Below, piece by piece: positions 17,994 to 27,845 of a stretch of DNA of 56,344 bases. Source of the stretch: a virus (Duplodnaviria; Caudoviricetes). Each line of letters opens with the position of its first letter. Position 1 is the stretch's first letter. The translations under genes and the position numbers were made by a program. Location of the stretch: positions 1 to 56,344 of the IMG/VR virus record IMGVR_UViG_3300036790_000300, one strand, 5' to 3'. The notes under the pieces are model-generated. The model was not told where the DNA came from and made no database searches. It saw only the letters and a program-made list of their open reading frames with translations.

Positions 17994-18003
17994 GAGGCTG
18001 CAA

Positions 18004-18267
18004 ATGGATATGCGATACGTAAAAGGTCGGCGAACGAATCTAGTCTCTGTGGGATGGCTGGACCATGTCCTTCAGGTTGAGTTTCGCAGCGGCCAGAGGT
18101 TTCAGTATGGCGGGGTATCGAAAGAAGTCTGCGAGAAGCTGCTGCGTGTGCCGTACCCCGACAAGCTGTTCTCCCAGATAGTGCGCGGCAAATACGTATC
18201 GAAGCGCGTAGACGAGATGCCCCGCGCAAAGCAACCAGCAATTGACATGGACAGCCTGCCATTCTGA
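18004..18267 (+). CDS. KTSC domain protein
   Basis: NLVSVGW...LQVEFRSGQRFQYGGV...LFSQIVRGKY; AGGAGG RBS; C-terminal DSLPF. Confidence 0.75.
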   Translation: MDMRYVKGRRTNLVSVGWLDHVLQVEFRSGQRFQYGGVSKEVCEKLLRVPYPDKLFSQIVRGKYVSKRVDEMPRAKQPAIDMDSLPF

Positions 18268-19802
18268 TGCAAAACCATCTCTTCGAACCACAGGTCGAGA
18301 ACAAGATGCGCCCACTGCGGCCACGGCAGTTGCAGGCCATCGCAGAGGTCAGGGACGCCATCAAGGCCGGCCACAAGCGCATCGTGCTCCAAGCGCCGAC
18401 GGGGTTCGGAAAGACGCTGGTATCGGCGCACATTATCGACGCGGCGCTACGCAAAGACTCCAAACCGTTGTTCACTTGCCCCGCCATCTCGCTGGTCGAT
18501 CAAACACTGGCAGCCTTCGAGAAAGAGGGCATACGCGATATCGGGGTAATGCAGGCTGCCCATGTGCGCACGAATCGCAGCGCGGCCGTACAGATCGCCA
18601 GCGTGCAGACACTGATACGCCGTGCAGCACCGGATGTGGACTTCGCGCTGATCGATGAATGCCACGAATCCTTTGACGGGCTGGAGACGCTTCTCGACTC
18701 ACCGGAGTGGAAGAACAAGATTGTCATCGGTCTGTCGGCTACGCCCTGGGCGAAGGGGATGGGATTGAGGTGGACGAAGTTGGTCATAGCCGCCACCATC
18801 AACGACCTCATTGCAGATGGTCACGCCACGCCAGCACTGATCTATGGCCCGCAAGTGGACTTTGATCGAGGGTCGCTGACTGTAGCGCGCGGAGAGTTCG
18901 AAGAGGGTAGTTTGGCTGAGAGGATGAGCGACAAGGCCATCATCGGGGACGTGCTGAAAGAGTGGCAGGAGAAGAGCCCTCGCGAGAAGACGTTCGCCTT
19001 TTGCGTGAATCGCGCGCACGCACAGGTGCAGATGGAGGCGTTCCATGATGCCGGCATTCCGTTTGGTTACATCGATGCCCTGACGCCGCAGGATCAACGC
19101 AAGAGGATCTTCGCACAGATGCGCAGCGGAGAGATTGCCGGCATTGCCTCCGTCGGCTGTCTCATCCGCGGGGTGGATGAAGACGTTCGGTGCATTCTCG
19201 ACTTACAGCCAACTAGATCGGAGATGAGGCATGTTCAAAAGTGGGGAAGAGGCGTCCGCTGCGCTGATGGAAAAACAGTACTTGTGGGGCTCGATCACGC
19301 AGGAAATAATGCTGCCCTCGGGCTATTTACTGACATCTACCACGATCACCTTGACGTACGTAAACCCGGAGACCGGGGAGAGTCTTACAAGGACGATTAC
19401 AAACCCGCCAAGCCTAAGAAGTGCGCCAAGTGCCACAACCTGATCCCGCCCAGAATGCGAAACTGCCCGTCGTGCAATGAGCGCGTCGCCCTGCATACCG
19501 GCGTGACTGTGGTCGATGGCAGGCTAGTCGAGATAGGCTCCGGGCCAAAGATTGACGTGAAAGAACGCCAGGAGTGGTACAGCAGCCTGCTCTGGATTGC
19601 GAAGCAGAAGAACCTGCGTGATGGCTGGGCAGCCCATTCGTACAAAGAGAAGTTTGGAGCGTGGCCGAAGAACCTGCGCGTGCGGGCAAAGAAGCCTTCC
19701 GATGCAGTGGTCGAGTACACGAAGCAACGCAGGGAAGAGTACCTGAAGCGGATTGCGGTGCCAGTGGCAGCGGCTCCGGAAGTACATGAGGTGACAGCAT
19801 GA
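18267..19802 (+). CDS. SF2 DEAD/DEAH-box helicase with C-terminal Zn finger
   Basis: APTGFGKT, DECH, SAT, QKWGRGVR motifs; CAKC...CPSC. Confidence 0.9.
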   Translation: MQNHLFEPQVENKMRPLRPRQLQAIAEVRDAIKAGHKRIVLQAPTGFGKTLVSAHIIDAALRKDSKPLFTCPAISLVDQTLAAFEKEGIRDIGVMQAAHVRTNRSAAVQIASVQTLIRRAAPDVDFALIDECHESFDGLETLLDSPEWKNKIVIGLSATPWAKGMGLRWTKLVIAATINDLIADGHATPALIYGPQVDFDRGSLTVARGEFEEGSLAERMSDKAIIGDVLKEWQEKSPREKTFAFCVNRAHAQVQMEAFHDAGIPFGYIDALTPQDQRKRIFAQMRSGEIAGIASVGCLIRGVDEDVRCILDLQPTRSEMRHVQKWGRGVRCADGKTVLVGLDHAGNNAALGLFTDIYHDHLDVRKPGDRGESYKDDYKPAKPKKCAKCHNLIPPRMRNCPSCNERVALHTGVTVVDGRLVEIGSGPKIDVKERQEWYSSLLWIAKQKNLRDGWAAHSYKEKFGAWPKNLRVRAKKPSDAVVEYTKQRREEYLKRIAVPVAAAPEVHEVTA

Positions 19803-20017
19803 CCCAGCACTACACGAAGAACACGATCGAAGCATCAGCATGGTGCAAGATTTGCGTGAAGGCCACGCCGCACGCCGTGAACGACGGGCGCATTGGCTCA
19901 TGCCTCACCTGCATCACGCGGCTGAATCTACAGCACGACTTGCCGGGAATTGAGAGAGCGAAAGAGCCGGTGCAGATGGAATTGATGGAACGATACGGGT
20001 CGATCGACATCGGATGA
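19799..20017 (+). CDS. Hypothetical protein (CxxC pairs)
   Basis: 72 aa, coupled to both neighbours. Confidence 0.5.
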   Translation: MTQHYTKNTIEASAWCKICVKATPHAVNDGRIGSCLTCITRLNLQHDLPGIERAKEPVQMELMERYGSIDIG

Positions 20018-20502
20018 TGCCGGCAGACGTGGCGCGTGCCCTCAGGGGGCGCAGGTATGGTCGAGGCAAGTGGATGGCAAAATGCCCGGCCCATCGGGAG
20101 AAGACTGCCTCGCTATCCATAACGGATATGGGCGGAGGGAAGACGAGACTGTACTGCTTCGGGGGAGGATGCGAGCAGCAAAAGATTCTCAGGGCGGCAG
20201 GGCTGACATGGAAGGACTTGAGGCCGGGGGATGTATCGCCAGAGGTTCGGAACAGGATCTCGGGCGAGGAGAAGCTGGAAAGACTGCAACGGCAGCAGTG
20301 GATGATGCAGTGGATGCAGTCGCTTGAACCAGAGAAACGGCGGTACTGGCAGGCGGCAGAACGCAGGGTGATTGCCGAGATGGAGCCGCTGTATTGGGAA
20401 GTAATGCCGGACAAAGAACGGGTGGAGAAGATGACGCAGTTCGAGATGGATGACTACAGGGCGAAGCGGCTGGACTGGCTACGGGAAAGAGGGCAGGCGT
20501 GA
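20014..20502 (+). CDS. Primase-type zinc-binding domain protein (no TOPRIM domain)
   Basis: WMAKCPAHREKTASLSI...LYCFGGGC; only 162 aa. Confidence 0.65.
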   Translation: MMPADVARALRGRRYGRGKWMAKCPAHREKTASLSITDMGGGKTRLYCFGGGCEQQKILRAAGLTWKDLRPGDVSPEVRNRISGEEKLERLQRQQWMMQWMQSLEPEKRRYWQAAERRVIAEMEPLYWEVMPDKERVEKMTQFEMDDYRAKRLDWLRERGQA

Positions 20503-20945
20503 TTCTCTCAGGGGCAGACGTAAGGCAATACATCGCTTACGGGGGTTTACGGTTCTCTCCCGAACTGCAGGATGACCAGTTTCAGCAGAACGGCGTGGAC
20601 TTGATACTCGGCAAAGTGGAAGCTAGCCAGCGCGGCACAGGGGAGCTGTATCCCGGTGAATTCGTTCTCGGGTGCACGCTGGAGCGAATCGAGATGCCTA
20701 ATGACCTGATGGCGTTCGTGCAATTGCGCTCCACTTGGGCACGGCGCGGATTCATGCTCCCTCCCACGGTCATTGACGCCGGTTTCCGAGGTCAGATCAC
20801 TCTGGAAATAGTGTCCTTCGCCCATAACATGCTTCCCCTGCAGGAACGATTCGCGCACCTCATTTTCGCCAAACTAGCCAGTCCCTCCGAGCCCTATGCG
20901 GGTAAGTATCAAGAACAAATGGGAATCACTAAGGCGGCACAATGA
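20499..20945 (+). CDS. dcd: dCTP deaminase (trimeric dUTPase/dCTP deaminase family)
   Basis: QQNGVDL, RSTWARRG, IDAGFRGQITLEI, YAGKYQEQ motifs. Confidence 0.85.
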   Translation: MILSGADVRQYIAYGGLRFSPELQDDQFQQNGVDLILGKVEASQRGTGELYPGEFVLGCTLERIEMPNDLMAFVQLRSTWARRGFMLPPTVIDAGFRGQITLEIVSFAHNMLPLQERFAHLIFAKLASPSEPYAGKYQEQMGITKAAQ

Positions 20946-21646
20946 CAACTATGCAAGTGCGTCGCGCACCCGGCCCGCTGGCGATTCTCTCGTCCAACCT
21001 CGATGAACTGCTGGCCCTCGCCGATCCTGAAGCAGCAGAGTCTTTGAATGCGTGGATGGGTGCCCTCAAGCGCGTCGAAGAGGTTTACGAGGTTAGCTAC
21101 GGTCAGCGCCTGGTGATCATCCGCAACTTCGAAGAGCGCGGCCTCTGGCGGTATCTCACCGACCCGGACACCGATCAGGTATTCCCAAACCTGACGGCGT
21201 GGCTAAGTTCAGGATTCATCGGATGCCGTCGCGTGAACATGGAAGCGCACAAGGATGCGCGGGCGCTGGCCGACATCCCGCCGGAGAAGCTGATCGATGT
21301 ACCAAAGAGCAACATCCACACGCTGACGCAACTCTCCACCGCGGTGCGCAACGACCCTGGCATCCTGGCAGCAGCAAGAAATCTTTCGCAGGATGACTTT
21401 CTGGAGAAGGTCGAGAAGGAGCAGCCCAACCAGCATTTAGAAGTGCGCAGACCCCTTCGATTCAATCCCGGCCGCAGTGGAGCAAAGATAGTCGAGGAAG
21501 TGATCACTTACGCGCTGGAGCACAACATCGCCGGCAGCCGAGATGAGGCCTTGGTTCGAATGGCTGAGACGGCGAAGAACCAGTGGGATCTCGAGGACGA
21601 GCTCCGAAGCATGCCGGCAGAAACTACAGAAAACGCCGTTCAGTAG
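20942..21646 (+). CDS. Hypothetical protein
   Basis: 234 aa helical ORF, ATGA-coupled. Confidence 0.65.
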   Translation: MTTMQVRRAPGPLAILSSNLDELLALADPEAAESLNAWMGALKRVEEVYEVSYGQRLVIIRNFEERGLWRYLTDPDTDQVFPNLTAWLSSGFIGCRRVNMEAHKDARALADIPPEKLIDVPKSNIHTLTQLSTAVRNDPGILAAARNLSQDDFLEKVEKEQPNQHLEVRRPLRFNPGRSGAKIVEEVITYALEHNIAGSRDEALVRMAETAKNQWDLEDELRSMPAETTENAVQ

Positions 21647-21673
21647 GGCTGGGGGATGAGGAGAAAACAGAAA

Positions 21674-21850
21674 ATGAGCGACGAGACGGAAGAGGTAGTG
21701 GTGACCACGGCGACGCTGATAAAGGCTCTGGTTCTGTGCAACGAGTCGCGCAACCGGCTGACGGGGTTCCATTCCACGCCAGATTTCTGGATCCTCGAAG
21801 CATGGGGCGAAATTTCCAAGTCCGGGGAGGCTACCAGTGGCGAGCGGTGA
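21674..21850 (+). CDS. Hypothetical protein
   Basis: GAGGAG RBS, ~58 aa. Confidence 0.45.
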   Translation: MSDETEEVVVTTATLIKALVLCNESRNRLTGFHSTPDFWILEAWGEISKSGEATSGER

Positions 21851-21874
21851 TATGAGATGCACGGAGGTTAAACA

Positions 21875-22450
21875 ATGCCTGACTTAGGACCGTGGTTTGA
21901 ACGCAGAATTAACGAGATTGAGGCCGAGCCAGCCGCCTCGTCCGCCATTGAAGTAGCTCCAGGACGGCGCGTGTTTGTAGTGCAGAGCACAGCGGGTGTA
22001 GTCGAGGGAGTCTATTCATCGGAGGCGAATGCTCAATCCGCTTTCACTCATTGGCAGCACCTGGAAATCCGGGAGGGAATCATGGACTACGGCATTCGCC
22101 CCTCGGTAGTTCCAGGGGAAGCGCAGCGGAAGTGCGGGAGATGCAAAGCGGCGATTACATATAACCCGATCACTACTAAGTGGCATGGTAGTGACGATAT
22201 AGCGGTGTGCCATGAGCGCTTCGGGCCAAACGAACACTGGCATGACCCCGCCGTGCCCTCTGAAGTAGCCCCTAGCCGGGAACGGCGGTTGGAAGATGCG
22301 CTGCGGAATAACGCTGATCAAACATTAGCCGACGGAACCAAGTGCTACTGCCTCGAAGAGCGCATGGCGAAAGGCTACAAGTGCGGAGAGGTTGGAGGAG
22401 AACATATGCCGTGGTGCATCGAAGCTCGCAGCGTTCTGGAGGCAAAGTAA
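21875..22450 (+). CDS. Hypothetical protein
   Basis: 191 aa, GGAGG RBS. Confidence 0.55.
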   Translation: MPDLGPWFERRINEIEAEPAASSAIEVAPGRRVFVVQSTAGVVEGVYSSEANAQSAFTHWQHLEIREGIMDYGIRPSVVPGEAQRKCGRCKAAITYNPITTKWHGSDDIAVCHERFGPNEHWHDPAVPSEVAPSRERRLEDALRNNADQTLADGTKCYCLEERMAKGYKCGEVGGEHMPWCIEARSVLEAK

Positions 22451-22791
22451 TGGCAGGCGACATTCGAGTAGCCCCTAGCTCAGAGCCTTCGATTCCAGCG
22501 GACCCGAAAGACGAGTATCGACGCGGGTGGAACGATGCTATCAAGGCTGCCGGGGAATCAGATTTTGATCAACTCATCAAGCGCATAGCAGAACTGGAAG
22601 GGGCTTTGAGGCTGTACGCAAAGTATGCGCCGCGGTCGGGAGCTATGGCGCTATTAATTCGAGCCAGTCAGGCTGGAGGACAGGAAGCAGCTGAGTACGC
22701 CGACGCGATGATACTCCACTACAGCCGCTTAGACGATGCTAACGATCTCGCCCGCGCAGCCCTCGCCGCGCCATCCGGGGTCAAGCCGTGA
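22450..22791 (+). CDS. Hypothetical protein
   Basis: TAATG-coupled; YRRGWNDAI motif typical of small phage proteins. Confidence 0.5.
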   Translation: MAGDIRVAPSSEPSIPADPKDEYRRGWNDAIKAAGESDFDQLIKRIAELEGALRLYAKYAPRSGAMALLIRASQAGGQEAAEYADAMILHYSRLDDANDLARAALAAPSGVKP

Positions 22792-23066
22792 GCATATCGG
22801 ATAACAAAGCGCGCTACGAGGGGACAGTATTTCAGCAACTAATGGAGCGCTCGGGTCACATGATCTGCGACCGCTGCTATTGCTGTGATGCCGTGAGCGA
22901 GTCTAGGCCCTGCTGGCAATGTGGAGGCTTCGAGGAAGACGAAGAGGAATGGGCCGATGCTTGCTCCGTTTGCCACGGGGATGGCGAGCTGCATTACACA
23001 GACTGCCTTGGCCGCTGCGATGAGGATGGTAACCACTCCAGGGCTTCCACCCCTCTGACTGCATAG
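22788..23066 (+). CDS. Cys-rich (CxxCxGxG-like) hypothetical protein
   Basis: CWQCGG...CSVCHGDG; GTGA-coupled. Confidence 0.5.
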   Translation: MSISDNKARYEGTVFQQLMERSGHMICDRCYCCDAVSESRPCWQCGGFEEDEEEWADACSVCHGDGELHYTDCLGRCDEDGNHSRASTPLTA

Positions 23067-23093
23067 CTAAACCCAGTACGACGAAAGGGAAAG

Positions 23094-23339
23094 ATGACCG
23101 ACGAGATGCCGTTAAGCGGTTGGTGGCCTGACGAGGCTCCAATGTGTCAGTGGCTGCGCAAAGATGGGAGAAATATTGCGCAGGTTGTCAAACAGGGTCC
23201 GCGTGGTTGGCGTGCCTTCAGCATGGTGGAATTAAACCAGAGTGGCACCACGGGTAAGCCGCTTTCGGACACGGTGCCCACCCAGGATGCGGCCAAGAAG
23301 TATTGCGAGGAATACGCCTCCACGTGGGTGCCCCAATGA
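23094..23339 (+). CDS. Hypothetical protein
   Basis: 81 aa with RBS. Confidence 0.5.
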   Translation: MTDEMPLSGWWPDEAPMCQWLRKDGRNIAQVVKQGPRGWRAFSMVELNQSGTTGKPLSDTVPTQDAAKKYCEEYASTWVPQ

Positions 23340-23382
23340 CCAACCCCACCCCTAAACACTCCACCGAGCGATGTGAGGGAAA

Positions 23383-23625
23383 ATGAGCGACGTTAGCGCA
23401 ATTCCATCATTCTACGAGCATCTTAAAATGGCCGACCGCTCGCGCGCGCAGCAGCGATTCATCGAAACCCTAAATGCCAAGGCAGGCATTCTAGTGACCA
23501 TCGATGACATCATGACAGCCGTATCTTTTAGTCGAGACGAGTTGTTCATGATCGCGGTGCTTACGATTGCCTGTCAGCGCAAGGAAAGAGAAGTTCCCAA
23601 CGCCGAACGATGTGAGGGCAAATGA
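23383..23625 (+). CDS. Hypothetical protein
   Basis: 80 aa with GAGG RBS. Confidence 0.5.
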   Translation: MSDVSAIPSFYEHLKMADRSRAQQRFIETLNAKAGILVTIDDIMTAVSFSRDELFMIAVLTIACQRKEREVPNAERCEGK

Positions 23626-23801
23626 GCAGGCAGGAAATATTTAGTCCGCGATGGGAACCGCTCGACTTAGGCCAGCAGTATTTAATCCGTCAAGACATGG
23701 CGATTGCGAACCGGACGGTGAGGGTGCTGGCTAAGTTCTACAGCGTTTCGGAGCAGGAAATCCGCGACGTGGTGGACCGAAAGGGAAATTATGCCAACTA
23801 A
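23622..23801 (+). CDS. Small HTH-like protein (59 aa)
   Basis: TVRVLAKFYSVSEQEIRDVV; ATGA-coupled; below ORF-track cut-off. Confidence 0.4.
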   Translation: MSRQEIFSPRWEPLDLGQQYLIRQDMAIANRTVRVLAKFYSVSEQEIRDVVDRKGNYAN

Positions 23802-24510
23802 CCCACCCGATGCAGTGAGTGGTGCCGCCACGCCAGCCCAGCAGGCCAATGGAGTGTGTATCGATTGCGGGAAAACGTATATCGAGCACCGAAAGTTCCT
23901 GTCCACGGACAAGAAGTCCTATTGCCGTCCTCCAGATACGCGCCATTGGTTCATTCTCGCCGAGCCCGCCGCCACGCCAGAAGCGCAGATACCGGAGTGC
24001 GTGCAGGCACCTGAAATACCCTGGGCAGAACGGCACGCGCAGCTCGAAGTCGAATACCACGAGTGGGAGGCTAGCCAGCGTGCGGCTGGCAAACTATGGA
24101 GGGAAATTGGCCCCTATACCGAGTGGGTATATCGCCGCCTCGACATGGCCGAATCTCAGCTTGCCGCTCTACGGGTAGAACGAGACCGGCTAAGTATTGA
24201 ACGGGACGCGCTGAAGAATGCGCTGGATTTGGAAAAGCAGTTTGTGGTGAACCTGTTTACTGAGCGGGACAAGGCTCTCGAGGATAGAGACCGGGCGGAA
24301 GAAGCCCTACACAAGGTTGAAGATTTGGCCCTAACCTTGAGGGTAGAACGAGACCAGGCGTGGGCGGCGTTGCGGACAATAGAGGAGAGCGACTACAAGT
24401 GCGAGTGCGATGACCACCTAGCCCCAGACTGCTGTGCCACGGTAATTGGTCGGGACCCAGGATTCTTTTGCGCGCGCTGCTTTGCTGGCGCAATTATAGC
24501 GAGGAGGTAG
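23791..24510 (+). CDS. Hypothetical coiled-coil protein
   Basis: 239 aa with repeated ERD heptads. Confidence 0.55.
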   Translation: MPTNPPDAVSGAATPAQQANGVCIDCGKTYIEHRKFLSTDKKSYCRPPDTRHWFILAEPAATPEAQIPECVQAPEIPWAERHAQLEVEYHEWEASQRAAGKLWREIGPYTEWVYRRLDMAESQLAALRVERDRLSIERDALKNALDLEKQFVVNLFTERDKALEDRDRAEEALHKVEDLALTLRVERDQAWAALRTIEESDYKCECDDHLAPDCCATVIGRDPGFFCARCFAGAIIARR

Positions 24511-24512
24511 CC

Positions 24513-24731
24513 ATGCGCCCAGATCAGATCGAAACCGGACGCGTATATTTCCACGGGAATAAGCACCGCATGGTAGTTGGGATATACCATCCAATCCCCG
24601 GAATTGATTCAGACAGCTTCGTGGAATACCGAGTGCGCGGCGACCTCAGAGTAAAGAGGATGTGGCTGAAAGACTTTGCGGGGTGGGCGCGGCCTATTCC
24701 TGCTGAGAAGCCGGACGGGGAGACGAAGTGA
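24513..24731 (+). CDS. Hypothetical protein
   Basis: AGGAGG RBS, 72 aa. Confidence 0.5.
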   Translation: MRPDQIETGRVYFHGNKHRMVVGIYHPIPGIDSDSFVEYRVRGDLRVKRMWLKDFAGWARPIPAEKPDGETK

Positions 24732-25105
24732 CGGCCTTCCCAAAGCCGAAGGACGCAAAAAGACAGCCTGTCGACGCGGTAGCGGTTCGGCCTGACGGAC
24801 GGGAGGTTTGCGACCTCAACACCTCCGCCGGTCGAGCTGAATACAGGCGCAGGGCGAGGAACATGGCCGACCGACAGGGTCATATTTGCTGCCTCTTCGG
24901 GCATTCACCGGTTTGCCATCCACGCGGTCTACTGCTGGGGTACACGATTACTTTCGAGCATGAGCATGGCCGTGGCGGAGGCAAGCGCGACGACAGAACC
25001 ACCCTGCCCGGCGGAGCTTGGGTAAACGGTGCCGCGCACATGAATTGCAATTCATGGAAGGGCTCGCGCTTCATCGACTACAACAGGGGTTTTCAGAATG
25101 GTTAG
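24728..25105 (+). CDS. HNH-like endonuclease
   Basis: ICCL...TFEH...NGAAHMNCNSWKG, HNH-type motif. Confidence 0.6.
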   Translation: MTAFPKPKDAKRQPVDAVAVRPDGREVCDLNTSAGRAEYRRRARNMADRQGHICCLFGHSPVCHPRGLLLGYTITFEHEHGRGGGKRDDRTTLPGGAWVNGAAHMNCNSWKGSRFIDYNRGFQNG

Positions 25106-25448
25106 GCTGCCGATGGGCCTCAGCGTAGGTGAAGAGACGTTTGCGCAGCACTGCCAAGCGTACAAGCTCAGGCCGGAGCGCGAGTTCCTGTTCCTCGCCG
25201 ACAGGAAGTGGAGATTTGATTTTGCGTGGCCCTCCCAAAAGCTGGCTCTTGAGGTCGAAGGCGGCACGGCGTTCGGGCGAAGTCGGCATTCCAAGGGAAA
25301 AGGGTTCGAGTCCGACGCAGCGAAATATAACCGGGCCGCGCGGGAAGGATGGATCGTTCTCCGCTACTCGACACGCATGGTCACTAGCGGCGAGGCGATC
25401 GATGAGGTTCTGGAAGTGCTCAACGAGATAAGTGCGTCACGCACCTGA
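25098..25448 (+). CDS. PD-(D/E)XK restriction-endonuclease-like protein (DUF559/Vsr-like)
   Basis: WRFDFAWPSQKLALEVEGG...D..KYN.A...GWIVLRY. Confidence 0.75.
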   Translation: MVRLPMGLSVGEETFAQHCQAYKLRPEREFLFLADRKWRFDFAWPSQKLALEVEGGTAFGRSRHSKGKGFESDAAKYNRAAREGWIVLRYSTRMVTSGEAIDEVLEVLNEISASRT

Positions 25449-25550
25449 ATCGATATTAGTAATTTTGTGGTTACTATGTCTAACATTATACAAGACTTAC
25501 GTGCTGCTACACTCCCCGCGTGCAATGGGGTCAACGGGTCAGGAGTATCA

Positions 25551-26723
25551 ATGGCTCGAAGACGGTACCAGCGGGGCCAGTTGATCCGCAGTGGGGACAA
25601 CTGGCTAGGACGGTGGCGCGAAGACGTAGAAGACGACACCGGAGCAGTGAAACGGGTGCATAAGAAGGAGGTCATCGGCACCGTCGAAGACTTTCCAACG
25701 AAGCGGCTTGCGGAACGCGAATTACAGCGCAGACTGGAGCCAATCAACAACGTGGAGTACCGGCCACAGAGGCGGATCACCTTCGAAGTGTTCTCGCAGA
25801 AGTGGCTGAAAGAGGTTTTGGTGCATCAGAAGCGGTCCAGCCAGTCCAGCGCGCGCAGTCACGTCCGGGTGCATCTCATCCCGGCGTTTGGCGCAATGAG
25901 CCTGGCGGACCTCCGCATGGAAGTGATTCAGCAGTTCGTAACCGGCTCGAAGATGTCCCCCAAGACGGTGAAGAACGTTGTCGTCACGCTGATGTCCATG
26001 TGGTCGACCGCTCAGGCTTGGGGCTACGTCCAGCACAACCCGTTCCCCCGCGGCGCGTCTGGGAGGCTCCTGCTGAAGCTGCCAGCGGCTGCACCATGCG
26101 AGACGTACCACTTCACTCCGGAGGAGTACCACCGGATCGTGGAGAAGGCTGAGGGTCCATGGAAGGCGTTCTTCCGTGTGCTGGCCAAAACGGGAGTGCG
26201 TCCCGGAGAACTCGCCGGGTTGCGGCGCGACGCGGTCGGGGATCACACCCTGACCATCACTCAGAGTGTTTGGGGGCAAAAGTTGCAAACGCCGAAGTCG
26301 AGGGCTGGGGTGCGAACCGTGGCCATCGACAGCCGCCTGGCATCGGAGTTGCGCAAGCTGGTGGACGGGACTCCGGAAAACAAGTTTGGCCTGATGTTCG
26401 TAACCAAGGCCGGGAAGCCACTGTCGATCGACAATTTCCGCCAGAGGGTGCTTAACCCTATTCTTGCGGAGTTGAAGATCGACCAAAAGCTGAAGGGCCT
26501 CGGTATAAAGCGGTGCGGCCTGTATGCCTTCCGACATATGAACGCGACGCTGATGGACACGATAAACGCGCCAATGAAGACGAGAATGAAGCGGCTGGGT
26601 CACGCGCAAATCGAGACCACGCTCAAACATTACACGCACGCGCAAGATGCTGATGATTTAGCGGTCGCCGAAACTATTGGGGTCTTGCTGGATACGAAGC
26701 AGAGCGGGGAGGTAGTGCAATGA
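25551..26723 (+). CDS. int: Tyrosine integrase
   Basis: N-terminal arm-binding region (MARRRYQRG); catalytic TGVRPGE, YAFRH, LGH, HYTH; AGGAG RBS before ATG 25551. Confidence 0.92.
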   Translation: MARRRYQRGQLIRSGDNWLGRWREDVEDDTGAVKRVHKKEVIGTVEDFPTKRLAERELQRRLEPINNVEYRPQRRITFEVFSQKWLKEVLVHQKRSSQSSARSHVRVHLIPAFGAMSLADLRMEVIQQFVTGSKMSPKTVKNVVVTLMSMWSTAQAWGYVQHNPFPRGASGRLLLKLPAAAPCETYHFTPEEYHRIVEKAEGPWKAFFRVLAKTGVRPGELAGLRRDAVGDHTLTITQSVWGQKLQTPKSRAGVRTVAIDSRLASELRKLVDGTPENKFGLMFVTKAGKPLSIDNFRQRVLNPILAELKIDQKLKGLGIKRCGLYAFRHMNATLMDTINAPMKTRMKRLGHAQIETTLKHYTHAQDADDLAVAETIGVLLDTKQSGEVVQ

Positions 26724-26893
26724 CCGATCCAACAGAAGGCGCGGACTGGGAGTGGTCTTGGGCCGCAGCCGGATGGAAGTTTCAGGAATTCCTGAAGGCT
26801 GATCCAAAACACGGAGAACTTCCAGATCCGGAAATCCGCGAAGCATTCCAAAAGTGGGCAGAAGAGAAGTTTGGAAAGGGGAAACCACAATGA
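26720..26893 (+). CDS. Hypothetical protein (57 aa)
   Basis: ATGA-coupled to integrase, GGAGG RBS. Confidence 0.45.
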   Translation: MTDPTEGADWEWSWAAAGWKFQEFLKADPKHGELPDPEIREAFQKWAEEKFGKGKPQ

Positions 26894-27213
26894 CACCCGA
26901 CGAAGAGAGGCGCTACAAAGAAGGCGGAGATTGGCAAGACAAAGCGTTTGTCGCTCTGCCTTCGGGGTGGATGGCTCAATTCAAAGACGCTGGCGACGGG
27001 AGTACTTTCACCGTCCCAATTCCGGGCGTTTTAATCCAGAGCAATGGGGAGGACACTCGGGCCGTAGCCGCGGAATTTATGGGATTTGAATTAATTCCGA
27101 TGGACTGCGAAGACCAGTTGATTAAGATTTTCTACGAACACAGGAACCGCTTTCGAGGACAGGATGGGAGGCAGTCCAGTGAAAAAGAAAAATCCGTACT
27201 ACCTGAAAACTGA
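26890..27213 (+). CDS. Hypothetical protein
   Basis: ATGA-coupled, 107 aa. Confidence 0.5.
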   Translation: MTPDEERRYKEGGDWQDKAFVALPSGWMAQFKDAGDGSTFTVPIPGVLIQSNGEDTRAVAAEFMGFELIPMDCEDQLIKIFYEHRNRFRGQDGRQSSEKEKSVLPEN

Positions 27214-27433
27214 ATCGCTGACGCTGCGGAAACTTGGCAAGGCCGAGGAGGATGGAGATGTCATGTCGCGTGTCATCCTCCGCAGGCTTCTCCTGTACCA
27301 AAAAATGTATTCCCTGTTAAAGCGACTTCAGGAGACGCAGCACACCACTACGGCCAGAGGGTGGGACGAAGTGGATGCGCTTCTCCTGAAGATCGATAGG
27401 CCCGATTTATTTCGCAAGGAGGCCATACAGTGA
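27179..27433 (+). CDS. Hypothetical protein
   Basis: GGAGG RBS, GTG start. Confidence 0.5.
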   Translation: MKKKNPYYLKTESLTLRKLGKAEEDGDVMSRVILRRLLLYQKMYSLLKRLQETQHTTTARGWDEVDALLLKIDRPDLFRKEAIQ

Positions 27434-27648
27434 GCGCAATACTGCTGGCAGCATTTCTCTTCAGGGCGACGTTCGTAGCACCCCCCAAGCCCACCCTGCA
27501 CGATATGTACGCCTATGCTGGATTCACCGATTCGCAGTGCTGGGTAACCGATTGGGGATGGTGGGACTGGCAAAACCCCACCGAGGCTCAGTGCGACGAC
27601 GGACATGGGCGATGGGCCCAATTTTTGCTCGGACCGGAGGTGCAATGA
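27430..27648 (+). CDS. Small Trp-rich protein with hydrophobic N-terminus
   Basis: 72 aa, GTGA-coupled, one Cys pair. Confidence 0.45.
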   Translation: MSAILLAAFLFRATFVAPPKPTLHDMYAYAGFTDSQCWVTDWGWWDWQNPTEAQCDDGHGRWAQFLLGPEVQ

Positions 27649-27830
27649 GCGTCATCGGTTGCACCAAATGCGGCAACAAAACATCGGCAGTGATCAGGGT
27701 TCCGGGAACGTCACGGTGCTACTGCATCAGATGCTTCGACGCTTACGAGTTATTAACCAAAAAGGTTCAATTGGACCCCATTGTGCCCTCAAAGGAAAAC
27801 GGCCCAGAGTCGGAAGCTCTAAGCCGTTGA
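27645..27830 (+). CDS. Zinc-finger-like small protein
   Basis: CTKC...CIRC, GGAGG RBS. Confidence 0.45.
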   Translation: MSVIGCTKCGNKTSAVIRVPGTSRCYCIRCFDAYELLTKKVQLDPIVPSKENGPESEALSR

Positions 27831-27845
27831 TTTGATTGTCTTTGC

